The notes beneath the pieces are model-generated. The model searched no databases and was not told the origin of the DNA. It worked only from the letters and a program-made list of their open reading frames with translations. Of a DNA stretch of 64,000 nucleotides, positions 28,181 through 38,595 are shown piece by piece; the first letter of the stretch is position 1; each line of letters opens with the position of its first letter. A program made the position numbers and the translations under genes. Origin of the DNA: the human T2T-CHM13v2.0 reference genome, Homo sapiens. The stretch lies in assembly GCF_009914755.1 (NCBI RefSeq), contig NC_060939.1. One strand, 5' to 3'.

Positions 28181-29626
28181 GCAATGTCATATTTTAAAAT
28201 GTGCATGGAATCATAGAATGCCAATTTTCAAGTGTTCTCAGCTTTATAGTGAATAAAAGTAGTCACTTCCAGGCAGGCCCAGAAGCCTCAAGATATTAGA
28301 TATTGCAGGCAAAGTCTGATGTCTGCCTTGGTTTGACTTCCTAACATCAAGAGGTTTTTAAAAGTCCAAATTTGTTGTCACAATTTCCAGCAAAATAAAT
28401 TTAAAAGAAGCCTATGTGGTTATTCTTGCCGCACTTATGTAAATAATCAGGTCAAGTTTGAAACTAAATTAATTTTAAAAATAAATTGGTCTTACCATGA
28501 TTATCTTTGGTAGAAATGGGAATGACTGTAGAGAGAAAAATTATGTTTCTGAAGAAAACCATAGTACACCTGTTACTAGATTGCAGCTTTGTTCATTGTT
28601 TTTGAGTTTTTATCATCTATCTATAGACTAGCCTGGATCCTGAGTTCTTGTTGCCTTCAATATCTGACTGCAATTCTCCAACCATGAACAAAAACTGCTA
28701 AGCTGAACAACTCGATATAAATTTCAAGGGACAAGTCCCATGCTTGATGAGGGAGCCACATAGAGAGTTTAGCAGAACACCTGATGCCACAGCCAGAGAC
28801 ATTTAAACTGCAAACCAGGATGAGAAATTGCTGACATCATGTTGTGGACAGCGTTTTCCAAGACTGTCAGAATAAGACTCGCTACCATGATAAGACTCCT
28901 TCCCTTCTTAATTTTTTCTTGCTTATGCCCACCTCTTCCACTTGGCAGGATAATGCTGTAGTTAAAATTTCACAATTAGTAGTTTTTGTGGGTAAGTTGA
29001 TAAAGGGTCAAACCCAAACATTTACAGGACCCAAGAGAGCTTTTATTCCACCTAGTGGGTAACTTTAGCAACATCCCTAATGCAACTGTTTGTTCAAATT
29101 TTACTAGTGGCCTCTTTTGTAGAGTTAGCACTCTTTGCTTTAATTTAACCCATTTCTGAGATGCTAGATGATAGAATTGCTGCGTACTAACCAAACGGGG
29201 AAATCTGTGCTGTTGCTGTCACTTCTTGTTGTACATAAATAATCTGGTATTGTAGAGACTCAGTTTCAAAAAGTTAGCAGGCTACTTGGTTAAAACAGGT
29301 AGATTTCTCATCTGGCTCATTCTTTGATCTATTTGATTTTAGTTGGTTTGGTTTATGGCAACCCTAGCTAAGAAGCATACTCCGAACTCTTGGCATTGTC
29401 CTCCTGATAGTCACAATTCTCAATTATGTTCTCTCAAAAAGTTTTACATATTTGCATACAGCCAATTGTTGAATGTCATATGGTCTCTCTTCAGCTGCAA
29501 TGACAGAAATACAAAATCATGAGGACACTGTAATCTATAAATGATGTGTTGAGACTGGAAACACAGAATGATGTTAAATGAGGGTAGTGCTAATGCCCTC
29601 AGTCTTAGTCACAATTTCACCTAGGT

Positions 29627-30126
29627 TGTTAAATAAAAATCATGGGATGCCATTGTTTTCAACCAAATTCCTGCATCAGGCCTCCAGATCAGACTAAAAA
29701 TCAAAATGGTGTCACCCATGTTCACCAAAACAAAACTGAGTTATCTGGTTTTCCAAAAAATGGTAAGAGAGATAGCCAATTTTCCAAACAGAAGTTTCAA
29801 TCTTTAACAGGCATGATAATGAAATTTCCTGTTTTAATCCTTAAAATAGAATACCTGAAGTAACCCAATGTTAACCAATCAGTTTTCTTTCTACTGTTCT
29901 GTCTCCACGTCTCCACCTTAAAGAAAAGTGACTTTGATATAACCAATCTGCTTTTTGTTGTTTCTGCCTTCTTCAGTCTATTTTCTGTCTCTAAAGTTAA
30001 CATCCTCTGCTTGATTCATTGCAACATTTATTCTATTTTGTGGAATGAAGTTTTGTCCAATTCTAGGAGTGCAATAATGCCAATGAGATCTTGAATCTCA
30101 ATTTGTTTTACTTTTGTTTCTTGACA
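29627..30126 (+). mobile_element. LTR54-like ERV1 3' LTR
   Basis: tgttaaataaaaatcatgggatgccattgtttt...cttgaca with TG...CA ends, directly downstream of the env relic. Confidence 0.7.
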
Positions 30127-30980
30127 ATGGAGAGGTTTAGGCTAGAGAGCATTTTCAAAGTCATGAGCATATAGACTTCAAGTCAACCAGTTAGATGAGA
30201 TCACCTGGTGATAAAATAGAGAAGAATGCAAGGACCGAGCCCTGGAGCAGTCCAACATTTAAAGATTGAGCCAAAGAGGAGAAACCAGCATATCAAAAAG
30301 GAGGCCCAGTGAGGGAACAGGACTATCTGTGACGTGTAGGTAAGTTCAGGGGGAAAAGTGTTTCAAATCAAAGGAACCATGTCAATTATTCGCGATTCTA
30401 CAGAGAGGTCAATTGAGATATGGATAGAGAATTGGCAATTGCCTTTGGAAACAAGATCATTAGTAATCTTGATAAGTGATACAGATGATGGAAGCCAAAG
30501 CTCGATCAGGGTAGACTGAGAAGTGAATGTGAAGTGAGAGGTAGGAACAAGCACTATTGGAGAGATCTTGAAAAACCTTTCTAAGAATTTATGAAGATAG
30601 CAGAAAAATAGGGCAGTTCCTAGAGGCGATTTTGGAGTCAAAGGAAGTTTATTTTAGATGGGAGAAATTTCAATATATTTATATGCTGATAGGAGCAATT
30701 CAATTGAGAGGGAAAAAACTAACGATGCTGGAGGGTAGGTAATTGTAAGAGTAAAATCCTTAGGAATGTGCGTGAAAAAAATCCGGTCACTGGTAAAGGG
30801 ACTGGCCTTCCTAGGCGCAGGGACACTTCATTCATAGCAACCCAAATGTTACTATGCAGATAAGGGTGGTTTTGATGGTGAGAAGATAAGGGAGTTTATT
30901 TCTGATATCTTTCATTTTTTCCATGAGTTATGAGGCAAAGTTGATTAGTAAAAGTGGGGGTTGGGGAGGAGGTATATAGA
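30127..30980. mobile_element. L2 fragment
   Basis: gatgagatcacc...gaccgagccctggagcagtccaacatttaaag...gagaattggcaattg. It appears to continue the L2-like sequence at 26.7-26.96 kb. Confidence 0.65.
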
Positions 30981-31549
30981 AGGCTTTCAGTAGAGACGAA
31001 AAGGAATGAAATAATCCTTCCATCAAGTCTACTTAAATGTCAATTTAGTGGATAAAACCCTCCCAGAATTAAGTACATCTCCCAAACCCTTTCTCTCTCT
31101 CAATGACCTTTTGCTCCTTTCTGGTACTCACTAACATTTGCAATTGTATCTTTGTTCGTTCACTTCTCTGATTCCCCATTAGAGAACTACAGAAGGGCAC
31201 GGACTTTGATTTCAAAATGTATATTTAGCCGTTAGCACAAGGCAAGCAGATGGTCACTAAATAAATACTTTTTTAAACAAAAATGTTAATGAACACCTTC
31301 AAAATTTTGTCTTACGCCACCTCGTTAAAATACTTGTTTGTGCAAGTCACTTTTCCTCTCTGAGCTTTCATTTCTGAATCTATACCATGGGAATTATCTC
31401 TTCCTTGCCTACCTCCCCTCGTTATCAAGAGGATCTGAGCCAATAATGATAGAAATGCTTCATTAAGGGCCCCTTAAATGTAATGGATTTCTATTTTTAG
31501 CCCACTGGTAGCCTCGCAGGTAGCAGGTGCTGAAAAAGCCTTGCTTATT

Positions 31550-32750
31550 GGGGGTTGGGGGACAGCATTGTTTCTGTGACCGTAGGCGTCGAAGCTATGC
31601 AGAAGCGTTCCGCGGACCGCAGAGAGATGGGGCTCAGGCCAGCATCCCTCTCGCTCCGGCCCTTCCCGGGAGGAGCTGGCCGAGCTAGGATGGGGGGCAG
31701 GGAGACCGAGGGGGCAGTAACTGTCAAACCTCGCCGCTTGGCGCCATTATTTAAATGGAACGTGCCTGTCTCGCAGCTGTACGTGCCCGGGGCGGGGCTT
31801 CGAGCGCCCTGAGCGGGGCGGAGGCCAGAGGCGGGCTGGGAAGGTGGAGGGGCGGGCCGGGGCGGGGCCAGGCCGGCTAGAGGGGCGGGTCTAGCGGCGG
31901 CCCCCGGCGAAGTTCACTGCGCTTGCGCTGACAGACGCAAGATGGCGGACAGTGCGGAACTAAAGGTAAAGCGCAGCTCGAATTCACTTCTAATATTCGG
32001 CCGCGGAGACGGCGCCGCTGCTGCCAGGGGGGATGGGTCCGACCCTGGGGGGCCTCTCGGGCCTGACTCCACCCGGGCCTGGAGTTGTAGGGAGAGAGGC
32101 GCGCCCGGTCTCAGCAGAGGGGGCCCGCCTGCGGCGGGCCGCGGGCCCCGGGTGCCTCGGGGGCGCTGACGGGTCGTCCCCGGCGTGTTATTGTTGTGGG
32201 CGCCTCTGGCGGGGGTGGCGGGGGAAGAGATAGGGAGTCCGGAGGTAGGGGCTGCAGCTGTCTCATGGGCTCGGCTTTTTCACCTTCCAGTTAGCCTCCC
32301 TGCCCCCCATGGGGAGCTGGGGCTGGGGGCAGGGTGCTCTCGTAGGGGGGATTGGGAAAGCTCCCCGTGGCCGCTTCCTCTTCCTCCTTTGCAGTCCCGG
32401 GCTCCTGTCAGGCGCTCTTCTCAGACCCCCGGGAACTTGGCTTCGGCCGCCCCGCCCCTCCGTGGATCCCAGTAGCCCCCGCCCCGGACTCGGCTTTCCC
32501 CGGCTGCTCGCTTGTCAGGAAGCGCCTGGGGTGCCCCGCTTGTGGGAAGCGCGATCCCGGGGCGATAGGGTGGGGATCTGGGGGAGAAGCTCTGGTAAAG
32601 TTTAGCGAGCCCCGGGCCGGCGTTGGGGTTCGGCTGAGAGGTAGTGAGCGGGACGTTACTCTTTCTCTCTGATTCCGGGCAGCCGAGGGGAGAAACCCCC
32701 TCGAAGAGTGTGTCTTTGGAAGCAGTGTTGGGAGGGGGGGATGCAGCTAC
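31550..32750. promoter_or_regulatory. PIAS1: CpG island / PIAS1 promoter and first exon
   Basis: Abrupt switch to very GC- and CpG-rich sequence. Multiple GGGGCGG Sp/KLF boxes (31789-31890), NRF1-like TGCGCTTGCGC (31918-31928) and YY1-like CAAGATGGCGG overlapping the start codon. Confidence 0.93.
31942..31965 (+). CDS. PIAS1: PIAS1 coding exon 1 (MADSAELK), phase-0 donor
   Basis: caagATGGCGGACAGTGCGGAACTAAAG|gtaaag: strong Kozak context (A at -3, G at +4) inside a CpG island, with a GT donor at 31966. It joins in frame to the exon at 63927 to give MADSAELKQMVMSLRVSELQVLLGYAGRNKHG, the recognised PIAS1 N-terminus. Confidence 0.97.
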
Positions 32751-33498
32751 CTCTCTCCCTTCTTTTGCCTTAGCTGGTGTGGAGGGTGAGAGGAGCCTTT
32801 GGGGGTCTCTGCACACACCATGATGGCGATGCTGTAGCTGATGGAGGTGAATGGTTCGTGTTTATATCCCCCCATTGCCTTTTGTTTGTAGGGACATCTT
32901 GCTGGCCATGTTGATTTGAACGAAATTCTCCCCTCATGCTACTCCAACCCCCGATAAATAGAACGTTCCTCTTAACAGTACCAATTACTCACGCCTCACG
33001 AAATTAGATGAAAGGGTGCCCCCTTTTCCCCGCTTTTCTCCCACCCCAATCTTTACCTGATGATGGCTTCTTTACCGTAGCAGATATACCACTACACAAG
33101 CAGTTGGGGGAGGGGGTGGTGGAACCCTTATGACTGGATTGTGACAAATGGGGCTCCGCTTGAATAATTTTGGTTTAGTAGCAGGCAGTTCTTAACTAAC
33201 GCGTATTATTTCGAGGCTCTGAACGCGATCTTCTCTGTGGCTTCCTGTGTGTGTGAACCCAGCAGCTGGTTATGTCTCGACCCAGAGAACTGACATCTCT
33301 GTCAGAGAGGAGATGGGGATATACAATTGTAAATCTTTGGGGAGAGTCTTCTTTTTATAATAAATAAAAATTATTTAATTTTTTCCCCGTTATAATGAAA
33401 CGACAACTTCTAGAACAACCAAATGCCAGATTTGATTCTGTAGAGTTTTTCCTGTGGAATATCCTCACCGAAAGAGCTTTTCTCCTAATAACTTCACA

Positions 33499-33528
33499 AT
33501 GTTTACACTCCAAGATTCGTATGTTAAG
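33499..33528 (+). CDS. PIAS1: Alternative N-terminal coding exon segment (MFTLQDSYVK), able to splice in frame to exon 2
   Basis: acaATG TTT ACA CTC CAA GAT TCG TAT GTT AAG|gtattg: A at -3, and a phase-0 donor with the same AAG|GT as exon 1. It matches my recollection of an annotated PIAS1 isoform N-terminus, which I could not verify here. Confidence 0.75.
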
Positions 33529-36500
33529 GTATTGGCTTTGAGTGTCATTCTTTTAAAATGTACTTCTAATTACAAATTTACTGAAGGGAGAGCAGATTTA
33601 CAATGGATGGTTTTGATTTTTCCCCAGTTTCAAACTATTGACTGAAATGAGAAAGCCTTAGGAATTTGAATATTTGGAGATAATTAACCCTTGAAATAAA
33701 AAAAAGCACACAACTTTAAGACATGTTTTCTATAATTTTTCTCTTAGAGTCACTATGTTGCTGTGATCTTTGCCTTGTAATATTTATTTTGTTAGGAGTT
33801 CTTTTGAATGATAGCTAATCAGTTGTTATACATGGACCATAGAATAAAGCTGAAAAGCTTGTGCAGACTATATTGTCACTCTTGATGCTGTCCAAAGAAA
33901 CTAGTATGGAAAGCACATGCTGAGAGATTTCCTTCTTTGTTCTTTCTCATTTTAAGAAAGTGCCTTTGGGGATAGATCAGATCCCTGGTGTGAGTCTTGT
34001 TAGGTAAAGTTTCTCTTTACGAAAATGAACCAGTATCAGATAAACACCAAACACTTGAAGAAATGTTATTTTTCTAAAATTAATCTCGTTTTTTGTGCTC
34101 TCCCAAATCTACTAGAGTTTTTCCAGAGGAAGTTTTTTTTTTCTACTCTTATGTTCCTGTTGTATAATTTTTCAAATTATAATAACTGTTTTGACATGTT
34201 GGTATGTCATTGTGTGTGTCTGAGACTTTGAGGAGCTGTGTGATAAATTGCTTAGCTGGTGATAGCGGCGTTAAAAAAATTTGGTTAATACTTTATTGTG
34301 GTTAGATTTGCTGTTCTTTTTTTGAGGGGTGGAGGAGGTGATCTCAGGAACGCCTACCATAGTTATTTGAGAATGTGTTAAAAAAAAGAGAATGTGTATA
34401 TATAATTTTCTGTGCAGTAAGGTTTGGCAGATACTCCTTTTGGAAATGATATTTTCTGAAGGCTTTTTGTTTGTGATTTTTTGGAGGTAAATATCATACA
34501 TTCCTAATATGATAGGAAAAATCAGAGTAAGAAGAAAAAAATCTAGATTTTTTGAAATTTTAAATGGGAATAGAGTACTTCAACTGTGAAGCTTTACATA
34601 AAACTCAGTGACTTTTCATTATTTTAGGTTTCAGCCCCATACTTCATTTTGCTGTGGATTGTATTCATAATTATTTTCCTCATGGCTTTTTTAGTGAGTC
34701 CTTTTAAATCTATAAGAAATGTGCAAAGATCAGATGGGAAAAACAGATAGATCTTTATCCCCTGTAGGAATTGTGCAAGCTGCAACACTTCAAGATATTG
34801 CCAATAAAAATTAGATTGTGAGTCATACATATCAAAATGAATTCTCTATGCACATTTGTTTATGAAAGGTTTAATTTTTCATTAGGGGAGTACCCATAAA
34901 TGTCATTTTTAAGAATGTGGAGGGTATTTTGTCATCTTTAGGAACTTAGAAGCAGGAGGGTGTGATGGCCAGATGATCTTGGTAGTTAATAAGCTGACAG
35001 CTTCATGAAACTCCTCTTAAAGTAATTTAAAAAAAAATATGTGTTTTTTTGGAGTAAAACTCAAACCAAGTTATAGTGCCATTTTAATTTACAGGAAGAA
35101 GAGTGGGAGAGAAGAAGTCCATCAGCATTTTAGTGGAGTAAATAATGAAATTAAATGGGAAGAGAAACCATAATTATAAAAGTTACTATGAGTGTGTCAG
35201 TGAATTCTATTGTTATTTTCTGCCTCTTTATTTTCAAGAAATAGCTACTTAATTTTGATCCTTACGCTGTAATTTGTCTGCTTTTATTTCAGATAGAGTC
35301 AAGTACATCTGATAGTTTATTCATGGATTTGATTTGAATCTCTATAACTTGCTTTTGTCAAGTGCCACATTTAGATGGCTTTTGTTTTATGTCATTATTT
35401 TTATCAACAGTATTTTAAAAACTCTACAGTATAGTTTATAAAATACTACGTATAGTTTCTAAGTATTTCATATGATTGTTTTGAAATACCTCCTTCTTTT
35501 CATCCACCGTTTTCTCCTGGGCGATCCCATTGTCTTTTTCTTCAAAGAGTTTCTTGTAATCCCTGTTGATTGCGGTAGTGCTTAGTGGCGAGTCCATAGC
35601 TGATTAACCTTGGGTGTCTCCTGGTGAACTCCATCAGCATGCTGCTCCAGGGTTCTTGCTGAGGCTTTTGAGTTTAGTGTAATTTGTACCCTTTTTTGCT
35701 GGTAACCAGGGATAAGAAAATAAAATGGCCAATGGTTGTAGCGGGAACTGGGAAAAAGTATCCAAGTCTCAGAAAAACTGGGTGTTTATGATGAGATGTA
35801 GCCTTTCAAAACAACAACCAAAAACGGATTCATTACTTCATAGAATTGATTGTGGTGTTTTCTGAAGTGTTTGACTCTGGCATGAAGCATCTTGCTTTTT
35901 TAATGTTTGAATAATAATATCTTACTTATATAGTACTTTGCAGTTCATAATATATTGCATTATCTCTTTTGATCTTTCCAACAGTTCTTTGAGGTAGGAA
36001 AGGCAAGTAATAACTAAATCCTTTTTATAGATAGAGAAAGTGAGCCCAGAAAGGGTACGTGACTATTGCAAGGTCATACAAATAAAAGTGGCAGGGACTT
36101 GAGCCTAGGTCTTGTGTAGTCCTCCTTAAAGGTCCTACAGCAGACCTGGAGTCCTCTAGGGTGCCCAGTTCACAGATTTCTACTTATGTTGTTGCTGATA
36201 CTTTCCCTTTTGGAAAAGCTCTATGCTAGGGTATTTTTGGATATTCTAGGGCATTTTGCAAGCTTCCTTGCAAAAAGTTTGGAGTTTGTTAGTTGGAATC
36301 ATACACATTAATTTTTGTAAGTATCATTTTGCTTGAGAAAATTTCAGAGAATCTGAGAAGTAAGCAGAAAAATAAACAGTACCTGTAATCCCAACACTCA
36401 GAGATATCATGGTTAACATCTGGGTATTTATCCACTTAAGACTTTCTCTCTGTGAGCATATGTATATGTATATTCATCATAAAAAGATACAACACTGTTT

Positions 36501-36615
36501 TTTATTTATAATCTGCTATTTTCATGTCTATCCAGGTTAGTAAATACAGGTCTATATGATCATTTGAAACCTTACATTGTGTTTTATTAAACTAGTCCCT
36601 GTCAGATTATTCTAC

Positions 36616-36923
36616 TTTTTTTTTTTTTTTTTTTTTGAGACGGAGTCTTCCTCTGTTGCCCAGGCAGTAGTGCAGTGGCGCGATCTCGGCGCACTGCAAG
36701 CTCCGCCTCCCGGGTTAACACCATTCTCCTGCCTCAGCCTTCGGTGTAGCTGGGACTACAGGTGCCCGCCACTACGCCCCGCTAACTTTTTTGTACGTTT
36801 TTAGTAGAGACGGCGTTTCACCGTGTTGGTCAGGATGGTCTCGATCTCCTGACCTTGTGATTTGCCCGTCTCGGCCTCCCAAAGTGCTGAGATTACAGGC
36901 GTGAGCCACCACCGCGCCAGGCC
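36616..36923 (-). mobile_element. AluY (CpG-rich)
   Basis: gcaagctccgcctcccggg, ccattctcc; TSD cagattattct. Confidence 0.92.
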
Positions 36924-37042
36924 CAGATTATTCTCCTTTTTTTGCAGTGTGTTTGCAGACATGTACCAAAGTTTGCAGATGTTTTATTTTAACTAAATAT
37001 ATTGATATGACAGATCTTTTTTGTGCTTTAGAAAGCAATGCA

Positions 37043-37345
37043 GGACCGGATGCCATGGCTCACACCTGTAATACCAGCACCTTGGGAGGCTGAGGTGGGC
37101 GGATCACGAGGTCAGGAGTTGAAGACCAGCCTGACCAAGATAGTGAAACCCCGTCTCTACTAAAAATACAAAAAATTAGCTGGGCGTGGTGGTGGGCGCC
37201 TGTAATCTCAGCTACTCAGGAGGCTGAGGCAGGAGAATCGCTTGAACCTGGGAGGCAGAGGTTGCAGCGAGATTGCGCCACCGGACTCCAGCCTGGGCTA
37301 CAGTGTGAGATTCCGTCTCAAACAAAAAAAAAAAAAAAAAAAAAG
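37043..37345 (+). mobile_element. AluS, followed by an antisense Alu monomer (~37364-37490)
   Basis: Alu dimer; TSD agaaagcaat. Confidence 0.88.
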
Positions 37346-37870
37346 AAAGCAATACAAATGTTTATTTTATTTTTGTAGAGTCAGGGGTCTCACTGTGTTG
37401 CCCAGGCTGGTCTCAAATTCCTGGCCTCAAACAGTGCTGCCTCGGTTTCCCAAAGTGTTGGGATTACAGGTGTGAGACACTGTGCCTCTGTGCTCGGTTT
37501 TTACAGGTGTGAGGTACTGTGCCACTGCACCCACTCTACAAAATTAGCTAAAATGTTGTCAGTGAAATAAATTAGTCATTCTTGGTTTGTTCATTGTCAT
37601 ACCTTTATTGTTTATGTTTCTGTAATATGTGAGATAAGATTATTAAATGATGGCAGATACAGGTTTTACAAAATGTAAGCAAACATTACTTCAGCATCAG
37701 AATGTTTGATAAAGTATGAAATCGATTATGAAGTAGTATTTTATAATCTATTCATACTATTCTATGAATAGTAGAATTTCAAGTAGGCAAGTATGTTTGA
37801 TTTTGGAAATTATATCACAGTGACCACATATTGCAAGTTTTTGTACCTTATTTAGATGCTTATCAGTTTT

Positions 37871-37914
37871 TTTTGTTTTGCTGGGATTACAGGTGTGAGC
37901 CACCACGCCCAGCT
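37871..37914 (-). mobile_element. Internally collapsed mini-Alu
   Basis: T-tail fused to the first ~35 nt of an Alu; TSD gatgcttatcagtttt on both sides. Confidence 0.85.
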
Positions 37915-37961
37915 GATGCTTATCAGTTTTTAACTGGCATTTTAAAACTATATTGAACATT

Positions 37962-38262
<301 letters not shown>

Positions 38263-38374
38263 CACTATACTGAACATTAATATAGAGAAAATGGAAATAA
38301 GACTTTACCATATTTTTAATCTCAAAACAAAGTGTTGCCATTTAAATTGGGAGGTAACATAGTTTCAAGGATCC

Positions 38375-38595
38375 ACAATCTCTGCCTCCGGGGTTCAGGC
38401 AATTCTCCTGCCTCAGCCTCCCGAGTAGCTGGGATTACAGGCATGCGCCACTGCGCCCAGCTAATTTTTGTATTTTTAGTAGAGACAGGGTTTCACCATG
38501 TTGGCCAGGTTGGTCTCTATCTCTTGACCTCGTAATCTGCCCGCCTTGGCCTCCCAAAGTTCTGGGATTGTAGGCGTGAGCCACCGTGCCTGGCC
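38375..38595 (-). mobile_element. AluS lacking its 3' end and tail
   Basis: Starts abruptly at tctctgcctccggggttc; aggatc is repeated on both flanks. Confidence 0.85.

Larger units (their letters stand above)
27310..29626 (+). mobile_element. ERV1 (MER4-group) internal fragment with degenerate env TM region
   Basis: Translated relics: MLDDRIA (immunosuppressive-domain-like, 29161), C-AVAVTS-CC = CX6CC (29206-29232), and FDFSWFG..LRSILRTLGIVLLIV (membrane anchor, ~29330-29410). An LTR follows. Confidence 0.75.

Noticed and set aside
27913-28197. Ile/Tyr-repeat ORFs
   Set aside because: They are translations of the (TA)n microsatellite.
31942-32169. 75-aa ORF from the PIAS1 ATG
   Set aside because: Only the first 8 codons are exonic; the rest is read-through past the 31966 donor.
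32033-32816. Several 66-131 aa ORFs in the CpG island
   Set aside because: Expected from high GC content; no homology recognised.
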